DNA of 55,361 nucleotides, taken from assembly GCA_049724395.1 (NCBI GenBank), contig JAUGWO010000005.1, forward strand, positions 62,001 to 117,361. Reading direction: 5' to 3'. Below are positions 22,621 through 32,676 of the stretch, one piece after another (within the stretch, counting starts at the first letter, position 1; every line of letters starts with the position of its first letter). The position numbers and the translations under genes were made by a program. This stretch comes from Spongospora subterranea f. sp. subterranea (lineage: Eukaryota). Under the pieces are notes generated by a model that saw only the letters and a program-made list of their open reading frames with translations, was not told where the DNA came from and did not search any database.

Positions 22621-24600
22621 ATGTCGGAGTCGTTTATCGATCAGCTGAAGGAGATGAACGCCCTGCTCAATGCCGGCGCGATTGACGAATCAGAGGTCTC
22701 CGCGTTGAATCGCTCGATAATTGGTCGTGTGGTTGGCACACTGCCCTCAGATCCAGCCGCCTTGACCGCACCTGCACTTCCTTTCGTCCTATCGTCACCT
22801 AATCTGTCGGTGGCCTGGCGGGTCTGCCTCTTCGACCAGAAGGAAGTCGAGCTGGGATTTAACCAAGTTAGAATCGTCCAGGAATAGTGATTGTTTCGAT
22901 TGACTCTCGGTTGAAGTCGATGGAATGAGTTCAACAAAATTGCTAAAAAATCATCTTTTACAACAAGGACATAGGCGTACTTGTGCGACCATGATGTTTT
23001 TGGCTTTATGATAAATGAAAAATCATAGTGGATCACGTCATTTGGCTTAGACCGATGTGTCGCATAGCCAAAAGGGCGAGGAACTACTTTTCCTTTCAAA
23101 CGCACACAATGGAGGCACTTGTCAACAAAATTTTGAATGGATGTTTCGCTGAGGGCCAAAAAAAACAATTTCAAAATTGCTGCCTTTGTCCGCTCGAAAC
23201 TTTGGTGCCCGAGATTCCACAATGAGCAATGATACGAATGCGCAAACGGAAGAGATTCGGTATTGACACATTATGCTGGTGATGCGTTTGCTAACATAAT
23301 TGTTAATTGTCGCCGGATTCAGCGATACGTTGTCAAGATAAGAACAATTATCTACGGGTTGGCGGCAAACCCAACAACATCAACATCTAAGGGCTCACCG
23401 ATTACACCTTCCCGACAACAGACGGGAGTCGGTTGGTTAATCAGTTGTCGTCTGACGAAGAATCCGGTGGCGAGAGCGGAGATGATCAGAACATTGTTTT
23501 TTTGAATGATCTGATGACGATGTTTACAGCGTGGAATTAAGTCGTCTGTAAAGGAGATGTCAAGTGTTTAGAGCCCTGTATTTTGATTGAACAAAAATGA
23601 CATTGGCGTTGATCATTACAGGAAAGAATCGGTTTTTGTCAAGTTGAATGGAGTGGTGATCGCCGAATGCAAGTTGATGGATGAAATGAACTCTGTACTC
23701 ATATGGTTCAACCGATCGATGCCGGCCCTGGACGTTCCATCAAATTTCACATGGCAAATTCGTTGGACCTCTAATTGAAAAATCCCCTTTTTGGATAAAT
23801 GGACTATCGGTAATTGTAATGCCCGGCAACGTCAGGTATTAGCGACAATTTGAGCCGGTGAGTTTGACAAGATTGTTAGAGGTCGCCGGATTGAGCGATA
23901 TGTTGTCAAGATAGGTTCGTTATTACGGGTCGACGGCAAACCCAACAACATCAACATCTAAGGACTGACCAATAACAGATGGGAGTCGGTTGGTCAATCA
24001 GTTGTCGTCTGGCGAAGAATCCGATGGCGAAGCGGAGATGATTAGACCATTGGATTGAATGACATAATGACGATGTTAACGACCACACCGAATGGGCCCT
24101 GAGCCCCACCTTTTAATTGAACAAAAATGACATTGGCGTTGATAATTACCGGAAAGAATCGGGTTTCCCACATTCATTAGAGGCCACGTGGTCAGACCTT
24201 CGTGCTCAACATTCACTCTACTTTTCCGTATTGGATGCAACCTTGGGGTGGTCTTCCAAAATTCCATCACTCACGGGGTTTCGAACTCATGACCAACACT
24301 CACCCGGACATGCCTGCCACCAACAGGGACAGACAGGAACCAAGCTAAAATAATGAGCAAGGTCGCCTGACATATATATTTTCCTGATCCGCGAAATATA
24401 ATGATTGGCTTGGGCTGTAGCATCATCATCCGCAAAAAACGTCAAATGCATCGTGGTTTGACACTTCTCTAGGCCCGACCTGAACTTGTTCCGTTGTCGG
24501 ACCTTGAGCAGTTCATATTTCCGATCAAGTTGCCGGTTGACTTCCAGTAAACACATTTCAAAGGTTTACTTTGTTGTGTCCATTTACAATTTGGCGCCGA
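22621..24600. pseudogene. Fragmented relic(s) of a pogo element related to 11103-14047
   Basis: 22621+ MSESFIDQLKEMNALLNAGAIDESE (SHOCT-like start); 23703+ MVQPIDAGPGRSIKFHMA...DKWTIG.CNARQRQVL...RRIERYVVKIGSLLRVDGKPNNINI*GL; a second C-terminal copy at ~23310-23520; minus strand 24287-24556 RSGLEKCQTTMHLTFFAD. All align to the intact transposase. Confidence 0.75.
22890..23260 (-). mobile_element. Gypsy integrase fragment inserted in the opposite orientation
   Basis: CLHCVRLKGKVVPRPFG...KPNDVIHYDF...YVLVVKDDF (integrase zinc-binding/core start). Confidence 0.75.
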
Positions 24601-24865
24601 ATTTCGCGTTAATATCGACGTCTAAGCCGAAACAATTGCCTTGTTTGATAATTTTGAGGACTGAAACTGGTTATCACTGAAACTTGACCCAAACAAACGA
24701 AAGTCGATCAATACTAGAACGTTTTGTTTCAAGCAAGGTTTAATTTGTCAACGTGGGTATTCGTATGGCTGCAGACCCAGAACTTCACTCAAATAACCAT
24801 AAACATCAACGAAGAGCCAAATCCATTGATTACAAGATGAACTTACAAGTGGCAATACCAAAACT

Positions 24866-25046
24866 TGTTAGATCCCCCACACCAGTCAATAATATCTATT
24901 CATATTACCTATCTACGATCTGAGTCTTCGGGCTCAGATCGTATTATTAGTTCTAGTAAAGCACCACGTTTAGCCTCAGCCTCTGTTAGTTCCTTCTCTC
25001 TAGTTTTAGCTTAAGCCCTGTAGTTCGTTCCGTCCAGGTCATTACA
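24866..25046 (+). repeat. 5' LTR
   Basis: TGTTAGATCCCCC...CATTACA; matches 29756-29936 except for 3 transitions. Confidence 0.95.
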
Positions 25047-25256
25047 CTATAATACGATCCGCCCCTAGATTTACGCACCTGTCTTCCGCTCTAGCCAGAT
25101 TTACGCCCCTTATATCCCTAATTTAAGTACTTTCCCTCTAGCTCCTTCTTCTCCTCTCTCTCTAACCCCGTTTCCCGTACCTTCGTCTTTCTTTCCCTCT
25201 AGCTCCTTCTTCTCCTCTCTCTAGCCTAGGTTTACGTACCTTATACCTTCGTCGAC

Positions 25257-26484
25257 ATGCTTAACGACCCAAGCCCCGACCACCCAGCTAGCTTGGCCCA
25301 GACAGCTGACACGACCGAGATGATATTACAACTGCAACAAACGATTCAAAGTATGCAGGAGCAACTTCGCCACGCTAGAACCGAGGGCCGCACAACCACA
25401 GTACAATCACAGGGAACCGAAGGCGCATCTGCCCGAACCATTCAATGGCGATCCGACATCGGTCAGAGGTTTCATAAATCAGATCCTTCTGGTGATCCAG
25501 CAGCAACCTGTTACGTACTCTACTGACACGTCCAGAATCTTACTAATCGGTAGTTTACTAACAGGACTAGCCAGGGAATGGTTCAATCCATATTTCGAGA
25601 ACCAAGACCCAGCCCTCTTCAACAATTTCCAACAATTCCTCTATCTATTTCGTCAACGTTTTGACGATCCAAACCGGGCGACCTCGGCGGCGGATATGTT
25701 ATCCATGATAAAACAAGGGCGACGAACAGTAGCTGCTTACGCTTCCCATGTCCAACAACTGGTTGCCGACGCCGGCTGGGATGAGCGGGCAGCTCAACAT
25801 GTGTTCCGTCGGGGCCTAAACGACGAGATACAGGACCTCTTGCTGACCGTACCTACTGCGACATCGCTCGTCCAATTAATCACCGACGCTTTGCGGCTTG
25901 ATCAGCGCCTGAGTCAACGACAGGCCGGACGAACTATGACCCCATTACCCCAGCCCCAATCATATTCCCGTCCTCCTCCTCCTTTCTTACCGCGTCAACC
26001 ATCTAAACTGTTCCGTTCCCGTCCAGGCTCACAACGACCGGTGCCCATGGTAATCGACGCCATTAACCCGTTCGAAACGCCAACCGAGGCAAACTTATCA
26101 ATGAACGCCATTAGCACTCCCCGCGAGGCTCTGACGGTGGAGGAGAAAACTCGACGCCGTCGCGAAGGATTATGTATTTATTGTGGCGAACCTGGCCATT
26201 CAATCGCGGCCCATAACCTCCCTCCACGACCAACCACTAATACACAGCGACCTTTCCAGTATTCGTCTCCCCAACGCATTTCGGCGGTAGTATTCGAGAG
26301 TACAATAACCGCCATGCTCTGTCCACCGTGTTCCATATCGTGGCTCCCCGCGATGGCGGTCATCGACAACGTCGCGTTCATCGATTCCGGAGCTACTTCC
26401 CTGTTCATTGACCGTGGGTTCGCTCGATTTCATCAAATTCCGGTAGAACTATTGAGCTGTCCGATTCCACTTGACAGTGATTGA
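25257..26484 (+). pseudogene. gag-protease region, frameshifted
   Basis: Gag motifs LPEPFNGD...LIGSLLTGLAREWF and FRRGLNDEIQDLL; degenerate knuckle CIYCGEPGH; protease AFIDSGATSLFID. Frame break near 25410 and stop at 26484. Confidence 0.85.
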
Positions 26485-26605
26485 CGGTCGACGTCTTTGA
26501 TCCGTAACCCATCAGACACATCTCCTCCATTTTTCCATAGCTGATATCCAGTTCCAAGCCAAGTTTTTCTTAATCGATAGCCCAGTTTACCCTGTTGTTC
26601 TTGGA

Positions 26606-29600
26606 ATGTCATTCTTAAGACAGGCCAACCCATTCATAGACTGGAAAAATCTCACAATCGCTGCTCGACACCCCATCGCTTCGCCAGAAATGGACAACCC
26701 GCATTTGGTTATCCAATCGACGCAAAGTGATGAAGTTGGATCGCCTGGTAAAATCTTCGACGAGACGGTAGAACGACAAGATTCGGTCCAACTCCCCAAC
26801 CAGTATGCAGACTTTGTTGATGTTTTCTCGAAAGAGGGAGCCGAGTCTCTTCCACCACACCGACCTGGCGTCGATTGTGCCATCAACCTCGAGGAAGAGG
26901 CCGGAAACCTCCCTTACAAACCCTGCTATTCCATCTCAGCGAAAGAGGACCCGGTACTGCAATCTTACCTTCAAGACAATCTGCAGCGAGGTTTTATCAG
27001 GAATTCCCAATCTCCTCTCGGAGCGCCGATTCTATTTGTTAAGAAGAAGGATGGTTCGCTGAGATTGTGTGTAGATTACAGGTCACTTAACGCAATCACG
27101 AAGCGCGAACCATATCCTCTACCACTAATCGACGATATTTTACAACAACTCGCTAGCGCCAAATGCTACACCAAGATTGACCTTCGAGGCGCGTACAATC
27201 TAGTGAGAATCAGACCAGAAGATGAATGGAAAACGGCGTTTAATTGCAAGTACGGTCATTTCGAATACCAAGTTATGCCATTTGGCCTCAAGAATGCCCC
27301 AGCCTCGTTTCAAAGATTCATGAACGAGACGTTCCAGGACTGCCTGGGAAAATTCGTGGTGGTATACCTGGATGATATCTTGATTTATTCGCAGGATCCA
27401 GAGAAACACGAAGCTCACGTAAAGGTGATTTTGCAACGTTTGCGTGAGAAGAAGTTGTTTGCCAAGCTGGAGAAATGCGCTTTTGGAGTTCGACGTGTAG
27501 AATTTCTGGGTTACATCATCAGCCCGCAAGGAATCGAAATGGATCCAGAGAAAACCTCCAATATCACCTCCTGGCAAACACCGACGTCCGTCAAGGGGAT
27601 TCAATGTTTTTTGGGATTCGCCAACTTTGACCGTGATTTCATCTCTCGTTACTCCCAATATGCAGCACCACTATACGAGCTGACTAAGAAGGATGTACCG
27701 TTTTCTTGGCAACCTCAGCATCAAGCATCTTTTGACGCAATCAAACGGGCCTTCTCTCAAGCACCAATATTAGCCCATTTCATCCCTTCTGCCCCGTGTA
27801 TAGTGGAGACCGACGCTTCCGACTTCGCGATCGGCATGATATTATCGCAGGTTCAGACTGATGGAAAATTACGCCCGATTGCATTCCATTCACGCAAACT
27901 CACACCGGCAGAAATCAACTACGAGACGCACGACAAGGAATTACTGGCGGTCGTGGTGGCTATTTCCCGTTGGCGACATTACTTAGAAGGTAGTCCACAC
28001 AAGATTAAGGTCCTCTCTGACCATAATAATCTCCGTTATTTCTCATCATCGAAGCTTCTCAACCGACGACAAGCACGCTGGTCTATGATATTGTCGGAAT
28101 ATGATTATGTGATACATCATCGTGCTGGTTCACTCTCTGGGCAACCAGACGCCTTGTCGAGACGCCCTGAGTACGAGATACAGCCTAATGATCCCGTGTG
28201 GCAACAGCAGCGAACTTGTTTACTACCAGAAGACAGCCTTAGCGTTGCTCCACTAGAATTGAATGCAATTCAATCCGGTCTGGAGGGTCTCATTAATATT
28301 ATCAGAGAATCTCAATCACACGATTCTGCAGTTCAGCAACAAATCCGCCACGTCACCAAGCCCTTTCACGTTCATGAGGGGTTATTGTACAAAGAACAGG
28401 CACTTGTAGTACCTAGAGAAACGGCGCAACTCAAAGTACTCACACAGCTCCATGACTCCCCATTGGGAGGTCATTTAGGTCGGCGGAAAACGCTTCAAGC
28501 AGTGCAACGACATTTTTGGTGGTCCGGAATGAATGATTTCGTTCGACGCTACGTCAAATCGTGTGATCGTTGCCAGCGAACCAAATTGCAGCGCAAGGCA
28601 CCACCAGGACTGTTAAAACCGTTACCCATTCCAACGGATTTATGGCGATCAATTTCATTAGACTTCATAGTCAAACTACCCAAATCCAACGGTTTCGACT
28701 CAATTCTCATCGTGGTTGATCGTTTGTCGAAAATGGCGCATTTTATTGCTTGTAAAGAATCAATCACATCGCCACAGTTGGCTGAATTGATGCTACGACA
28801 AGTGTTCCGGCTTCATGGACTCCCAGACGATATTGTATCAGACCGTGGCCCGCAGATGGTTGCAGGATTTTGGAAATGCCTTCTCCAACGGCTACAGATT
28901 CAACGGAAACTATCTACGTCGAGACACCCGCAGACCAACGGACAGACAGAAAGGGTTAACCAAGTTGTAGAGCAGTATTTAAGGACGTTTACTTCCTACC
29001 AGCAGGACGACTGGGAAGATTGGTTGGCGCTGGCTGAATTCCAATACAACAACACCGAACACTCATCGACCAAAGTTTCCCCATTTTTTGCAAACTATGG
29101 GTTCCATCCCCGCACCATCGACGTCCCATCATTCTGCCAATCACAAGCGAATCCGTCCGCTGATGAAAGGGCAAACCATTTACGAAGCATTCGCTTATTT
29201 TTACGACGACAACTTGAACAGGCCGTGTTTTCGATGAAAAAATATGCCGATAACAAACGTTCTGAGGCTCCCGCATATTCACTGGGCGAGTTAGTCATGG
29301 TGAAGAGAATCGATTGGAATACAACTCGACCTTGTCCAAAGCTCGACGACAGATTCGCAGGACCCTTCCCGATCATCGCGAAGGTTAACGACGTAACATT
29401 TTCATTGCAATTGCCTGCATCTTGGCGAGTGCATAACACGTTCCACGTCTCGCAGATTGAGCCATATCACAGGAACGACATTGCTGGGCGAGCTCAAGAT
29501 TGTCCTCCTGAACCCATTTTCATACCTGCGGAATCAACAGAACCGTTATTCATCGTTAAGGATATTCTGGATTCTAGGGTCTACCGCAATCAGCTGCAAT

Positions 29601-29755
29601 ACTTAGTGGACTGGGAAGGTTATCCTCCATCCGAACGTTCCTGGGAGCCAGCGCGAGGGCTTGCAGATAACTCTCCTCCGCTGCGGGAAGCCATCGCTAA
29701 ATTTCATGACAATTATCCGGACAAACCTAATCGGGATTTAAAAAAGGGGAGGTAG
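26606..29755 (+). CDS. pol polyprotein: RT, RNase H, integrase, chromodomain
   Basis: LRLCVDYRSLN, VYLDDILIYS, ETDASDFAIG, HDSPLGGH...CDRCQ, IVSDRGPQ, QTNGQTERVNQ, QYLVDWEGYPPSERSWEP; open for 1049 codons. Confidence 0.95.
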   Translation: MSFLRQANPFIDWKNLTIAARHPIASPEMDNPHLVIQSTQSDEVGSPGKIFDETVERQDSVQLPNQYADFVDVFSKEGAESLPPHRPGVDCAINLEEEAGNLPYKPCYSISAKEDPVLQSYLQDNLQRGFIRNSQSPLGAPILFVKKKDGSLRLCVDYRSLNAITKREPYPLPLIDDILQQLASAKCYTKIDLRGAYNLVRIRPEDEWKTAFNCKYGHFEYQVMPFGLKNAPASFQRFMNETFQDCLGKFVVVYLDDILIYSQDPEKHEAHVKVILQRLREKKLFAKLEKCAFGVRRVEFLGYIISPQGIEMDPEKTSNITSWQTPTSVKGIQCFLGFANFDRDFISRYSQYAAPLYELTKKDVPFSWQPQHQASFDAIKRAFSQAPILAHFIPSAPCIVETDASDFAIGMILSQVQTDGKLRPIAFHSRKLTPAEINYETHDKELLAVVVAISRWRHYLEGSPHKIKVLSDHNNLRYFSSSKLLNRRQARWSMILSEYDYVIHHRAGSLSGQPDALSRRPEYEIQPNDPVWQQQRTCLLPEDSLSVAPLELNAIQSGLEGLINIIRESQSHDSAVQQQIRHVTKPFHVHEGLLYKEQALVVPRETAQLKVLTQLHDSPLGGHLGRRKTLQAVQRHFWWSGMNDFVRRYVKSCDRCQRTKLQRKAPPGLLKPLPIPTDLWRSISLDFIVKLPKSNGFDSILIVVDRLSKMAHFIACKESITSPQLAELMLRQVFRLHGLPDDIVSDRGPQMVAGFWKCLLQRLQIQRKLSTSRHPQTNGQTERVNQVVEQYLRTFTSYQQDDWEDWLALAEFQYNNTEHSSTKVSPFFANYGFHPRTIDVPSFCQSQANPSADERANHLRSIRLFLRRQLEQAVFSMKKYADNKRSEAPAYSLGELVMVKRIDWNTTRPCPKLDDRFAGPFPIIAKVNDVTFSLQLPASWRVHNTFHVSQIEPYHRNDIAGRAQDCPPEPIFIPAESTEPLFIVKDILDSRVYRNQLQYLVDWEGYPPSERSWEPARGLADNSPPLREAIAKFHDNYPDKPNRDLKKGR

Positions 29756-29936
29756 TGTTAGGTCCCCCACACCAGTCAATAATATCTATCCATATTACCT
29801 ATCTACGATCTGAGTCTTCGGGCTCAGATCGTATTATTAGTTCTAGTAAAGCACCACGTTTAGCCTCAGCCTCTGTTAGTTCCTTCTCTCTAGTTTTAGC
29901 TTGAGCCCTGTAGTTCGTTCCGTCCAGGTCATTACA
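29756..29936 (+). repeat. 3' LTR
   Basis: Follows the PPT; TG...CA; followed by TSD AAACT. Confidence 0.95.
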
Positions 29937-30263
29937 AAACTTACGTCAAAGACTAGGAGGGCGTATCAACTTTTTGATCATTTCCCATTATTGGTGCGAT
30001 TGTATCACAAGTCACAACCATAAAAATATTCATTTTCTGCACGATTATTATCACATAACAGTGTATTTGAGCCCGTTGACACAGAAATCCATCAGATATT
30101 CAAACATGGATCAGGAGTCGCTGAAGCGAATAAATCTTATCGTCGAGGAACTCCAATCAGTTTATTGAGGGTATTCTAAAATTCGGCGACCGCAGTATTG
30201 AATCAATAGTAGCTGATTCTTTGGATTTTTCCTACGGAAAAGACAGGTAAATCGCCAAATTCA

Positions 30264-30358
30264 ACGAGCAGGAATTCGGAGCGTAATACGAGCAGGAATT
30301 CGGAGCGTATTACGAGCAGGAATTCGGAGCGTAATACGAGCAGGAATTCGGAGCGTAA
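30264..30358. repeat. 24-bp tandem repeat x4 (ACGAGCAGGAATTCGGAGCGTAAT)
   Basis: Four consecutive units read directly; one internal substitution; last unit slightly truncated. Confidence 0.9.
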
Positions 30359-30429
30359 AATAGCGATTCCATATGGGATTTCGTTGAATTATTCACCACG
30401 AACTATAACACTAAATACCTAGATCAAGG

Positions 30430-31402
30430 CGGCCGAATTGCTTTCATGACCCGAACACGTCAAGGTTTTCCCAACTAGTCTGAGAATGGCTTCGTTGATT
30501 CGACTGGCAGTGTTGATAGTCACGATTTAAAAATTTCAATCTTTGTGAACTTGGTGCTTTACCGATTGGTGTAAATAACTATCGCTGGTTCAAAATCTGA
30601 CGCCACATTCCCATCGGTTTTCAGGATTCTGAAACAACTTACTGAAGAGGTGGAAAATACATCTGCATTGAACAGACCACGACGTAGGAATTGGAAACTC
30701 GCTAATAAACGTGTCTGTCCTCACATAACCTTGCTGTTGTGCAAGTTTCATGTTTTTCAAACTGTCTGGACATTTTCTAAAGAAAGTGGTAGAGAAAAAC
30801 ATATTCGTCCACAATTATTTGCGAAGTTTAAGACTTGTGTTGATGCGAATAATTCCCAGCAAATTCCAGGCGAAGGCAGGATTTTTTGGCTCGCCGATGA
30901 TGACAAGCCAACCTGAGAAGTATTTCTCTGATCTCTGGAAATGTTCCAGAGATTATCATTGCTTATTACTAGAGGTCACGACACAAATAACTACTGCCAG
31001 ATATCTGTTCGGCTTTTCAAAGAAGCTGTTTTTGATTCGAACGAGAGCGCGGTCATTGGGCCGGTGATATCTGAAGATATCGTCTCCTACTATTCATCAC
31101 GACGACTACTGGACTTTTCTGCTTCACGGAAGAATGTTTCCTATCTTTATTTCAAATCATTCTCTGCATATCGAAAATCCAAAGCATATCCACAATATTC
31201 GTTGACGAATGTCGACCATCATCAATGCCATGGCGTTTCCGAACCAGAGTCAATCATTATCTATGAGCAAGATATGGAATCGGAAGTCTGTTCTTGTAAT
31301 CAAGGTATTGGTGGAAAACTGTTCAAACACTTGATCGCTTGTTCTCGACATTTTGGAATTTTTTTGTTCTCTCTTCCACCTGATGATGCCCATTCACGAT
31401 AA
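30430..31402 (+). pseudogene. Degenerate MULE-like transposase with SWIM zinc finger
   Basis: FVDSTGSVD (first catalytic D), LLCKFHVFQTVW (CxFH), RGHDTNNYCQISVRLFKE and VCSCNQGIGGKLFKHLIA (SWIM-like, last Cys lost); stops present. Confidence 0.7.
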
Positions 31403-31747
31403 TGGTTCGCAAATGTTGCCCTTGGCTGTCACTCATTGATTGCACTTCTTCTATGTAGTGCCAAGTACCTCGATCAACAACCTGACCCCTCACCAATATG
31501 AACAAGCAATTACAGAACGACCACTTGCAGAACGACATCACTCGAAGCAACAGCATTGTTAGACGAGTTTACATCACATTTGAAGTCAATAATTCAAAAA
31601 ATACATTTCAGAAAGTTGCTTGAAGACGTTAGGAATGTGAATAGTGAAGGTCAAACACTACAGAACAGAATTAGCGTTAGAAACAATGGTTGTTGGAAGA
31701 AATCCCATTTTTGAACAGGTAATTTGCCGGTTTTAAAAGGGATTTCT

Positions 31748-32375
31748 TCCCAGATTCTGGTCAATCCCAGTACGCGCAATTAGATCAAACAGACAGCTTC
31801 GCGTGCTCAAACAAATTTGGATTTTTTGGCGAAACAAACGCAATGGTCAATGAAATGCGTTGGTGGAACGTGATGAAGGATTCTGACAAAGCTTATTCAA
31901 CTCGAAAAAGATTAATGCCAAATAAAATTGAACTATTCATCTGGGAGAATTAAAAGACTTAAAAGACTTGAGCTGGGAACAGGTAATTGATCTGATACTC
32001 AAAGTTTACCAGCACCAATGAGGCCTCCACTTCAAATTGAGCGAATTTCAGCGGCACCAGAGAAAACCAGTCCACTGAAGAATAGAGTTAACAGGGAAAA
32101 ATTGTTTGTGTTCCTCAGATGGGATCAACGAGGTATAACACAAACTGTGCACCGTATCCAATGAGAGATGATATTCCCACCAAATTCACCAAGGATCACT
32201 CATCGTGCACATGGAAGAACAGGCCAATTTTTCGAACGCATTGAGTCAATCAAGAGCGATGTTGGTTTGAGAGAGGTGCTTGATTTGAGAAACTGGCCGA
32301 ACTGCTCATATTTTAGACTTGTGGTCTTATGTGCGACTGACCGTATCACGACAGATCGAAGCCGCTGGCGACCTC
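31748..32375 (+). repeat. Diverged inverted copy (with deletions) of 38339-39076
   Basis: Shared blocks such as GTTGGTGGAACGTGATGAAGGATTCTGACAAAGCTTATTCAA, GTAATTGATCTGATACTCAAAGTTTACCAGCACCAATGA and CATCGTGCACATGGAAGAACAGGCCAATTTT occur reverse-complemented at 38.5-39.0 kb. Confidence 0.9.
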
Positions 32376-32676
32376 TTTACACAACTTGGAAGTCAATTTC
32401 GGATTGACTTATGATCAGTGTTTGGTCCCTGGCAACATGTCTAATGAGCAATGGCGGCGAGATAATGAATGGACACTGATCTTCAAAATAATCCCGTTCA
32501 TTCACGGAATGATCACTTTCAGCATGATTCACAATTGCACACTGTTTCCCCTTTCGAATCTACAGCAATATGTGGTTTGGCGACAAACAGAAATCTACTG
32601 TGTTCCAATGTGGACTGAGTGAAATCACCCAAAAGATCAGCAGGTTTATAAAATGCAGTTCAACGCCACTGGTTTA

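Larger units (their letters stand above)
24866..29936 (+). mobile_element. Full-length chromoviral Ty3/Gypsy LTR retrotransposon (Tf1/sushi-like), 5071 bp
   Basis: 181-bp TG...CA LTRs with 3 mismatches; 5-bp TSD AAACT (24861-24865, 29937-29941); PPT AAAAAAGGGGAGGTAG before the 3' LTR; gag-pro-RT-RNaseH-IN-chromodomain order. Confidence 0.97.

Noticed and set aside
24914..24960. LTR hairpin as a hammerhead ribozyme or bacterial terminator
   Set aside because: No CUGANGA/GAAA core and no U-tract; better explained by the self-priming context.
30264..30358. Mini-CRISPR
   Set aside because: Simple tandem repeat without spacers.
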